A stretch of 64,000 nt of DNA. Origin: Centroscyllium fabricii. Lineage: Eukaryota. The position numbers and the translations under genes are program-made. The stretch is from NCBI GenBank assembly GCA_051313645.2, contig JBNRSN020000009.1:126542001-126606000 (forward strand), in the 5' to 3' direction. The notes under the pieces are model-generated. The model saw nothing but the letters and a program-made list of their open reading frames with translations, was not told the DNA's origin and searched no databases. Below, one piece after another: positions 51,255 through 60,969 of this stretch (position 1 is the first letter of the stretch; each line of letters opens with the position of its first letter).

Positions 51255-51300
51255 GCCTGAGTCAGTATAAAAACCCCGCAGCCTGCCAATGGAAAATCCT
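51255..51300 (+). promoter_or_regulatory. Motif cluster: AP-1 TGAGTCA (51258-51264), TATAAAA (51266-51272), CCAAT, GGAAAA; candidate intronic promoter/enhancer antisense to ITPR1
   Basis: Motifs seen directly in a stretch with no recognisable TE. Function is inferred only. Confidence 0.35.
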
Positions 51301-52109
51301 AGAATGCTGCGGCGCAGAGTTCAAGGCGACTCACACCAGCCTCTCCCTTTCACTTGCTGATAAGTTTCAGCTCACATGCCCTGCAGTTCAGCACCTCCAT
51401 TATTCAAGCTCTCTATATATCTGGCAAGTTAACCATTAATGAGTGATGACCAAGAAGCCCTGGCTGCAGTCCAGCCAACACAGCTGCTCAGACGCTGTTT
51501 ACCGAAAATGTTTTCTTTTTTGGGTGTTGGCGGGGTGACTGTTTCGGAATGTCGCACCACACAGGGAAGATTAAGTTGCTGATGAAACAGCCCCTTTCCC
51601 TCACAGGAAATCGTGATGCTGAAAAGGTGAAGGGGACTGTTAAATGCTGTGTTTTGTTGCATTCTGGACCAGCTCCAAGAATAAAAGAAAAAAAGACGAC
51701 TTCTCCGGTTTCTGGTTGGCTTTTATCTTCCCCCCGCCCCCCCGAACGGTGGCTGTTTATGACCTCAAAGGGGAATTGATGCTGAAAAGACACTGAGCCC
51801 AACAGTGTAAAGAAGCTGAATTACCTCACACCGTTGAAATGGCTCGGCTGCTGAAGTGCCCTGGATTAGTCACTGACTCACTGACTGCATCTGCTGATAA
51901 CTCAGTTCCCTTCCCTTGCACGGTTTGCCGAAGTATTGTTTGAAGCCAGCACGCCCCGCTGACGCAATCGAGAGCGACACTTTGAAACAAACAATCTTCA
52001 ACAAGTTGATGGCGGACAGACAGATAAACAAGCACAAAGGATGTTTCTGTTTACTGGTCCCCGAAACTCACTCCTCAAACTGCGTTTGGGGAGCTTTGGA
52101 TTCTTGTTT

Positions 52110-52110
<1 letters not shown>

Positions 52111-52144
<34 letters not shown>
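52111..52144. repeat. (AG)n microsatellite
   Basis: About 17 AG units. Confidence 0.95.
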
Positions 52145-52149
<5 letters not shown>

Positions 52150-52771
52150 TGCCCAGGCAACCAATTTTGCTGCAATTCCAAATCCAACAAGCTGTGGTGA
52201 GGAACATTCAACTAATACAAGGACAGAAGTCCCCAGGGTTCAAGCATTGGGTGGTTTTTAATATTGCCATCTCACCTGGTTCCAATTCTTACCAGAGAAT
52301 ATTGCTTTTATAGTCACATTTTTGTCCATTGATCTATACCCAATCAATCATTTATCTTCTGTTTGAGTTCCTGTCCAGACACAGGTGTCTGCAGTTCCCT
52401 CTAATGCCCCATTGATATTACCGGGTTTCTTCCTCGATCAGCCCGTTTCACAATGTGCTCATACCTCCAACCTGCTCCACTTATATGGCGGGGTGGATTG
52501 GGAGCAACACCAGATCGGGTGTGCATGCGCCACTGTATGAAATGTAGAACTGCTGCAAAGTCACGTTCATCGGTTTACCATTGCAGCCACAGATCTCCCC
52601 CGGCTTCAGGGAACAATCGAAGTCACGGTGGACAGACTGCATGGACAGACCAAGGCCGCAGCATGTCTGCGATCAGAACAAACTGGCAGCTGGAGGAAGT
52701 GAGTGAAAAGCATCTCATGGGACTAGACCCTGCCTTCAGAGGAAACCTTCCCTCAAAATCTATCTCTACGT

Positions 52772-53975
52772 TAGGGTTTCCAACCCTCCAGGATTGTCCT
52801 GGAGTCTCCGGGAATTGAAGGTTACTCTCCGAGACACTGCTGGGAGCAACCCAGGAGAAAAATCAAAGGGGTGTTAAAAAACAATGTGTTTTTATTTGAA
52901 CACTTTTCTTCATTGGTTATAAAAATATTGGAGGTTGGGAAAAAGGCTGTTTGGATGAATCCCAAATGTTAGTCAATCAGGTCATGAAGAGTCTTTTCAC
53001 TTTCCAATTGGCGTGGGAACTCCCTCCCTAACAGCACTGTCTCTCTCTTGGGTAGTCCCTCAGAACCGAGGATGACTTGCTTCCACATTAAAAATGAGTT
53101 CTCAGGTGACTGATGAGTCCAATACGGGGCCTACAGTCTCTTTGTCCATGAGAGTCCTGACGTTCCAGGTCCCGAACTTCATTTTAAAGGGTGAAAGATG
53201 CCGGTGCGTGAATTCTTTTAACGTGGGGTGGCCGTTGCACACCAGCTACCACACGGGCTTGACAGAGCAAGGTCTTGGTCCAATGGCAAGGGGATCCAAG
53301 AGAGACCAGGCTCTGCTACAACGGCCTAGCACACACACTCCTACTGTCCTCCTCCCTCATTCCCGCAGGTCCCCTCTGCCTGGGTTCCGCAGGATGCATT
53401 ATGGTCCTCCCGACCTCGCTGTTGGCCCGTGCCGCACCTTCCCTGGGCCCCGACCCCGCTGCTGGTCCACGCAGTGCCACTCCTGGGCCTTGACCTCGCT
53501 GCTGGGCTCGTCCTCGCTCCTGGGACCCGACCTTGGACATGAATGATATGATCTCTCACAGGATCAAATTAGCACTGATATTCTCGCGATCCCTGGCCCC
53601 GAACTCCACTCGCGATCCACTAGTCACTAGATCACGAGTCTAGTAGAGAAGTGTAGTCTTGACGGCAGAGGGGTCTGGGAATTTGGGAGCTAAGTTTAGC
53701 ACTGTGGGAGTACCTTGACCACACGGACTTCAGCGGATCAAGAAAGTGGCTCACCACCACCTTCTCAAGGGCAACAAATGCTGGCCTTGCCAGCGATGCC
53801 CACATCCCATGAATGAATAAATTGGCATAGGAAGGCGGGGCACCCTGAGGATGGACGCGTCGAGTGACCAATGGCGGGTGTTGGGGGGGGGGGGGGGGGG
53901 GGGCTGGCCGGTTGGAGTCGGAAGGTCATATGACGAAATCGCCACGATTACTTCCAAGCAGAGTTGGCAACCCTA
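52772..53975. mobile_element. hAT-like MITE (TIR TAGGGTT(G/T)CCAAC) containing RTE-derived (~53038-53630, minus) and old LINE fragments
   Basis: TAGGGTTTCCAAC ... GTTGGCAACCCTA, with a poor TSD. 53045-53135 is the reverse complement of the RTE 3' end at 56515-56600. Confidence 0.5.
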
Positions 53976-56214
53976 CTCTTTGACCATGGCTTCAGTTACC
54001 TGCCCTAGCTCGGCTCGCACCGCTGCTCAATGGTTTTTGTTCTCCAAACCCTCATTCCTCCCCCAAAATATTGTGATGTTCCGAGGGAAGCTTTGCCTGG
54101 TTAAGGGTGCCACGTTAGTGCATGATGCTGTTGCAGACTGTTGCCTTGATTCTATTACAACGTTAACTAGGGTGGCTTCACTATAATAAATGGAGCCAGC
54201 AACAGAGATGACAGAATTTGCCGTTGCAAGCACTGCAGATGGGGCATAACTCATTAGTGGGCATTTATTATACAATGATGCATCTGAAAGTTATCAGGGG
54301 AGGAGGTGGGCAGACAACCTTGGAATGAAATACTGCAACTGCCACGTAATATTAAATGTCACTTTTTGGCAGCCACAACAGGATAACTCTCTCACTTGAT
54401 TCCAGTTATTGGAATACCTGGCAGATAATTACCAAAGCATTGGTAAAAAGTCATCCTTTAACCCCACTATGCCAAGGCTTTGAATCCAATGTATCCCACG
54501 TCTCACTTCTCTCAACCAGACCAGCAAGCCACTAACATTTGCAAATCAATTCATTCTTTTTTCCTTTTCCAATGGCAAGCCAACTCCCATCACTTTGAAA
54601 GGTGAAAAAAAACGTAAGAGCTCATTAAAAAAAACTCCCACTTTCAAAAAGCTCTTGTGTGCTGAGCAGCGAGTGAGAAAACAGGATATAAATAGAAGTT
54701 ATATAACATCTCTTTGTTGATTTCAGTGCTGGAGAGAAATGCGAATGACCTTGTTTTGAGATTCGGCTGCCTGTGTCGAACGGTTGATAGGTTTAATTCC
54801 CATATTTGGAGATCATCTGACCAGAGCCCTCCCGTTGAGCATGTGAAAGCCTGCAAGGCCGTTATGCAAGGGCTTCAGGTTTCCACGGTTTTCAGGATTT
54901 AATAACGACAAACTCACGCCAAAGCTGCTGCAATAGAGAAGGTTCGTGGGGATAAAATTAATCTGGCCAAGCTACCAGCCAAGCCAGTGCAGCCAATCCC
55001 AAGTGGTCTCTCTTTTATTTGAGACTGTTCCCAGGGCTAACAGTTCACCTTTACCCAGACGCTGCCTTGGCAGCACGCATATCCTATTCTCTTTACTGCG
55101 TCGCTCAAAGGCCTTTTGTTAAAATAGAACCCATGCAAATCAGACCGGTTCGGAGGTTTGCTCATCACTTAACCAGCAGCCTGGGTTCATGTCATTACTT
55201 GTTACTTTATACTCCAGCCTCAAGACACTAACCCAACCCCCCTGTACCCAAGCAAAAAGGAGAGAAAATGCTAAGCAAGTCCTCACTTGTTACAGCTGCT
55301 CTTCTAGTCAGGCCTCTCTAATAAAAAGGCGATTAAAGAATAATTATGCCACAATTTAGAGAGTACCAATGATCCAGCCAAGTTTCTTGCACAGCAACCG
55401 ATAGTGACGGCTGAATGTTTGTTATCAGCCAGCAAACACACCACAAGATACCTACACAATCGTACTATGCAAATATCGCATGTGGAAACCAAAATAAACT
55501 ATAAGTGTGGACATTCCACTTGCTCAGATTTAATTTTGCCAAGGTCGGGAATGTTCATTTAATGCTTCACTGTGCGTTGCCAATGCTTGATTTTATGGGA
55601 TGCATTCCATTCTCAAGGCTGCAGGGCATCAAAACCTAATTTCAGAATTACACAAAAAGAGAATTATGAAGTTAAAACTTTGCGAACTGATTTATGGATT
55701 CTGAGAATCCAACTGTAACCTTGATGCTATCTGCCTGCTCGTATTGAAAAAAATCATCAAAACATATTTTGCAGAATAACAAATTCAAGTAAGTGGGTTA
55801 GTCGCATGATCTCCACAGGTTTGCTTACAAGTCTCTATTAAAGCAGTTACTGTTTTACGAGGGAAGTCCATATTTTTACCGAGGGAGTAACGGTTGGCCA
55901 TAACCTGCTACATATTTTACAACATTAAGCACAGTGTAGCAACAGAGTCGATCAGAAAATATCCTTTCACCTCTGCAGGCTTGGCTTGAATCAAGTCACA
56001 GGAAGTGAGCAATGCCGCATTGATAGACGTGGTTGTGAGTTTGTGGCAGCGATGTGATAGAAATTAGACTGTCCCAGGGCCTCTGGCGGCCCAGGGTACC
56101 ACCTCAAGGGGTGGCTTTTCTCCATGCCAGCTGAGGCAGAGACAACAGTGGCACCAGTTGACATTGGTGCTTGCGGTGGCCTACGTGGATCTTTATCGGC
56201 AACCTATGTGTGGC

Positions 56215-56614
56215 TCTACTCGGAGCTCCGACACGGCAAGAGAGCCCAGGTGGGCAGAGGAAACGCTTCAAGGACACCCTCAAAGCCTCCTTGAAAAAGT
56301 GCAACATCCCCACCGACACCTGGGAATCCCTGGCCCAAGACCACACAAAGTGGAGGAGAAGCATCCGGGAAGGTGCTGAACACCTCGCGTCTCTTCGCCG
56401 GGAGCAAACGGAAGCCAAACGCAAACAGCGGAAGGAGCGCACGTCAACCTAAGCACCCCACCCACCCACCCACCCATCCCTTCAACCGCGGTCTGCCCCA
56501 CCTGTGACAGAGGCTGTAGGTCTCGCATTGGACTCATCAGTCACCTGAGAAATCATTTTTAATGTGGAAGCAAGTCACCCTCGGTTCCGAGGGACTGCCT
56601 AAGAAGAAGAAGAA
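56215..56614 (+). mobile_element. 5'-truncated RTE-clade LINE
   Basis: PGGQRKRFKDTLKASLKKC..WESLAQD, C-terminal C2H2 (CPTCDRGCRSRIGLISH), (GAA)n tail. 9-bp TSD ATGTGTGGC at 56206-56214 and 56615-56623. Confidence 0.88.
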
Positions 56615-57145
56615 ATGTGTGGCCCGCAGACCTCGAAGTTGGTCCGCAATGGACAGTGTGGATTCCAGAGCACCAGCAGACTCAGCACGAAGTAGTTCCG
56701 CAGTATAAATTGCTCGATGACTTCCACTCTTCGATGCCCATCAATAGTCGGCACAAGGCGCTGGAAGTCATTGTTATGATAATTTGCCCCAAGATCAGGG
56801 TCATAATCCCCACCACGTTGATGCAGAAACCCGTGACAAGTCTTTCTTTAGGATGAGGAGGAAGTTGTCAGGGAGCACATTGCCATTTTTCTGGGCAATG
56901 TTTACAGCAATGCGAAGAGCACAACTGGAGAAAGCTGCACCCACTGAATGAGTCAGAAAGGTAACAGTCAAAGGAGGTATCAGAGGAAGAAAACAAAGCG
57001 TAGATAAACACAGACACACAAAACAAGTTCAAGAAACCTTGCACAGTATCATGGAGTGTGAAGCAAGCATTCCTTACAATTGCAATTCCCAGCATTTAGA
57101 CAAGAGATGTTTTGGGAAGCATGGGGCAGAAAAGTGCTTCCAAAT

Positions 57146-57666
57146 GGGTGGCACGGTGGCATAGTGGTTAGCACTGTTGCCTCACAGCACTGGAGATCCG
57201 GGTTCAAATCCAGCCTCGGGTACTATCTGTGTGGAGTTTGCACATTCTCCCCGTGTCTGCGTGGGTTTCCTCCGGGTGCTCCAGTTTCCTCCCACAGTCC
57301 AAAGATGTGCAGGTTAGGTTGATTGGCCATGATAAATTGACCCTTAGTGTTAGGGGGATTAAGTATGTGGGGTTACGGGGATAGGGTGGGATATACATAG
57401 AACATACAGCACTGTACAGGCCCTTGGGCCCTCAATGTAGTGCCGCGCTTAGTCCGTCTCTGATTTTTCCTGTCCCCCCTACTCTTCCTTCCCCTCCATG
57501 TACCTATCTATGTGTCGGTGCAGGCTCGATAGGGATCGAGGGATATGGGGAGAAGGCAGGGACAGGGTACTGGGTTTGGATGATCAGCCATGATCTCATT
57601 GAATGGCGGAGCAGGCTCGAAGGGCCGAGTGGCCTACTCCTGCTCCTATCTTCCATGTTTCTATGT
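57146..57666 (+). mobile_element. HE1-like V-SINE interrupted by a ~115-bp CR1 3' tail (minus, ~57395-57508)
   Basis: The insert is identical by eye to ~59369-59482. Confidence 0.9.
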
Positions 57667-59275
57667 TTAGGCAGCAGACGCCGACAGGATGAGCCAGCTT
57701 GGAAAACAAGTTACTGGTCATTCCAACTGAGGTACCGGAATATCTAGTGTATTGGCCACACTGATGTAGGGGCTTTGTACTTCGGGCAACAAGCTGTTTA
57801 AAAAACATAATCTACATATTACCGGTGTATAAAAGGTATGTATCTCCCCCTCAGGTTTATAAGTCAGTAAAAGCCTGCACAAAGGTACAACATTACATAC
57901 GATTAAACAACAGAAAACGCTGCAGAAACTCAGCAGGTCAGGCAACATCGGTGGAGAGAGAAACAGAGTTAACGTTTCAGGTCGATGACCTTTCTTCAGA
58001 ACTTAAGAAGCCAGGAAAGGAGGATAGATTTTAAAGCCTCACCTTCACATGGTCCATCTCCGATGCTTCCCTTCCTCGACTTCTCAGTCTCCATCTCTGG
58101 GGATAGGTTATTGACCAACATTCACTACAAGCCCACTGACTCCCACAGCTACCTGGACGACACCTCCTCCCATCCCGCCTCCTGTAAGGACTCTATTCCA
58201 TTCTCCCAGTTTCTCCATCTCCGCCGCATCTGCTCTGATGATGCCACCTTCCACACCAGTGCTTCCAACATGTTTTTCCTCAACCGAGGATTCCCCTCTA
58301 CTGTGGTTGACACGGCCCTCGACCGGGTCTATTCTATCTCCCGCACTTCTGCCCTCATCACTGCCCCTCCCTCCCGGAACCACAAGAGAGTTCCCCTTGT
58401 CCTCATCTATCACCCCACCAGCCTCCACATTCAACGGATCATCCTCCACCATTTCCGCCACCTCCAGCGTGATCCCACCACCAAATGCATCTTCCCATCA
58501 CCTCCCCTTTCCACATTTTGTAGGGACCGCTCCCTCCGCAACACGCTGGTCCACTCCTCAACCACCCCCAGCACCCCTTCCCCTGGCACCTTCCCGTGCA
58601 AGCACAGGAGATGCAACACGTGCCCTTATACCACCCCCCTTCCCACTGTCCAGGGCCCCAAACACCCCTTCCAGGTGAAACAGCGATTTACATGTACTTC
58701 CTGCAATCTAGTATACTGTATTCGCTGCTCACGATGTGATCTCCTCCACATCGGGGAGACCAAACGCAGATTGGGTGACCGCTTTGCGGAACACCTCCGT
58801 TCAGTCCGTAAGGGGGACACCGAGCTCCCGGTGGCCTGTCACTTTAATTCTCCACTCCACTCCCATTCAGACCTCACTGTCTGTGGCCTGTCGCATTGTT
58901 CCACGGAAGCCCAGCGTAAACTCGAGGAACAGCACCTCATCTTTTGCTTAGGCACTCTATAGCCCTCTGGACTAAACATAGAGTTTAGCAATGTTAGATC
59001 ATAACCTCGGCCCCACCACAGTTTTTTACATATATATATATTTTTTCTCTTTTTTCAAATCTACACTTTTGTCTGGGCTTTTTTGTACTCTACCAGAGTA
59101 CCAGAGTTCACACCTATTCAGAGCCATCCTGTGTTCCTTCAATTTCTCCTAATATCTCTTACCTTCCCCGCCTTCCAGCCTGTTGCTGATCTTTCCTTTG
59201 TTCTTTCAGCCCCCGACCTCCCCCGCTTTCCCCAGCCTCCACAAGCTTTAAAATCTATCCCTCCTCCTGGCTTCT

Positions 59276-59316
59276 CCAGTTCTGATGAAAGGTCATCGAC
59301 CTGAAACGTCAACTCT
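59276..59316 (+). ncRNA. Minimal hammerhead ribozyme motif in the Penelope terminal repeat
   Basis: CTGATGA (59282-59288), stem AGGTC/GACCT, GAAA (59303-59306). The inverted copy near 57965-58000 has CTGAAGA...GAAACGTT. Confidence 0.65.
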
Positions 59317-59367
59317 GCTCCCCTCTCCACCGATGCTGCCTGGCCTGCTGAGTTTCTCCAGCGTTTT

Positions 59368-60215
59368 ACATAGAACATACAGCACTGTACAGGCCCTTGG
59401 GCCCTCAATGTAGTGCCGCGCTTAGTCCGTCTCTGATTTTTCCTGTCCCCCCTACTCTTCCTTCCCCTCCATGTACCTATCTATCATCCTTTTAAAAGCT
59501 CCCAGACTGTCTACATCCACTATTTCAGATGGTAGCCTATTCCACTCCCCGACCACTCTCTGTGTAAAGAACTTGCCCCTGCCATCCCTTCTGAATCTTC
59601 CTCCTTGAATCTTGTGCTCGTGCCCTCTTGTTCTCGTTCTTCCCACCCGGGGAAACAGTCTCTGCACGTTTACTCTATCGATCCACTTCATCATCTTAAA
59701 CATCTCTATTAAGTCTCCCCTCTTCCTTCTCCGCTCCAGGGAGAAGAGTCCCAGCTCCCTCAACCTCTCCTCGTACGACTTTCCCCCCATTCCCGGCAGC
59801 ATCCTGGTTAATCTCCTCTGTACCCTCTCCAACGCCTCCACATCCCTCCTGTAGTACTGTGACCAGAACTGCACACAGTACTCCAAGTGTGGTCTCACCA
59901 GTGACCTGTACAGCTGTAGCATGACCTCCCGGTTCTTAAACTCTATTCCCCTGTTGATGAAGGCCAATACACCATAGGCCTTTTTTACTGCCTTATCCAC
60001 CTGGGTGGCAGCCTTCAATGATCTGTGTACATATACTCCCAGATCCCTTTGCTCCTCTGCTTCGCTCAGGACCCTGCCGTTGACCCTATATTCCCTATTC
60101 CTATTTGCCCTACCGAAGTGTATCACCTCGCATTTCCCCGTGTTGAACTCCATTTGCCATTCTTCAGCCCAGCTCTACATCCTATCTATATCCCTCTGAA
60201 GCCTTCTACTTCCTT
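59368..60215 (-). mobile_element. 5'-truncated CR1 LINE (distinct family), open 233-aa RT C-terminus
   Basis: ORF 59452-60153 MEFNTGKCEVIHFG...WNRLP. Confidence 0.92.
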
Positions 60216-60519
60216 CCTCTGTCTGTTGTTATTTTGGATTTCCAGCATCCGCGGTATTTTGCTATCGTATTACATACGATTAACTTATCTAAGGAAAGGG
60301 AACAGGTTGAAACCTAGTTGGAAAGTGTTCACTACTTCATACCAATAAAAGAATGCAGCATTTACTTTGCCCTCTGAGCGAAGAGAGAAACAGCAGGAAG
60401 TGAAGAACATGGCACAAGTAGAAACATATGGAAAACATAATCACAAGACATTCCTGGCTTCTGGTTGGCCTGCAAAGCACCATGGTATAATTTTAAAAAA
60501 ACACTCAGGTTCTGTGCGT

Positions 60520-60968
60520 CATTGGCTAGGCCAGCATTTATTGCCCATCCCTAATTGCCCTTGAGAAGGTGGTGGTGAGCTGCCTTCTTGAACCACTGCA
60601 ATCCGTGTGGTGAAGGTACTCCCAGTGTGCTGTTAGGGAGGTAGTTCCAGGATTTTGACCCCATGGAAGGAACTGCGATATATGTCCAAGTCGGGATGCT
60701 GTGTGACTTGGTGGTGGTGGTGGTGGTGTTCCTATGCATCTGCTGACCTTGTCCTTCTAGGTGGTGGAGTTCATGCGTTTGGGAGGAGCTGTTGAAGAAT
60801 GCTTGGCGAGTTGCTGCAGTCCATCGTGTAGATCGTACACACTGCAGCCATGGTACACAGGTGGTGGAGGGAGTGGATGGGTTGATGATCAAGCAGACGA
60901 CTTTGACCTGGACGGTGATGAGCTTCTTGGAGCTGCACCCATCCAGGCAAGCGAAGAGTATTCCATCC
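60520..60968 (-). mobile_element. Old CR1/L2-group LINE 3' relic
   Basis: Reverse strand GSKSWNYLPNSTLGVPSPHGLQWFKKAAHHHLLKG. A similar relic lies at ~53660-53820. Confidence 0.6.
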
Positions 60969-60969
60969 C

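Larger units (their letters stand above)
57907..60268 (+). mobile_element. Penelope-like element: RT C-terminus plus GIY-YIG endonuclease (ORF ~58040-58962), inverted terminal copy at left, interrupted by CR1
   Basis: LPFLD, HYKPTDSHSYL, C..RCNTC, NLVYCIRC..C..LHIGETKRRL..RFAEHL. 57907-58038 is the reverse complement of ~59244-59366. 15-bp TSD ATTACATACGATTAA at 57892-57906 and 60269-60283. Confidence 0.9.

Noticed and set aside
53883-53903. Long poly-G runs (also ~42402-42418) as functional G-quadruplexes
   Set aside because: Simple homopolymers with unreliable assembled length and no other support.
56624-56870. Coding-looking GC-balanced stretch, possible missing ITPR1 exon
   Set aside because: None of the frames I translated resembles ...LLEGGNTTIQ or any protein I recognise; possibly an old LINE relic.
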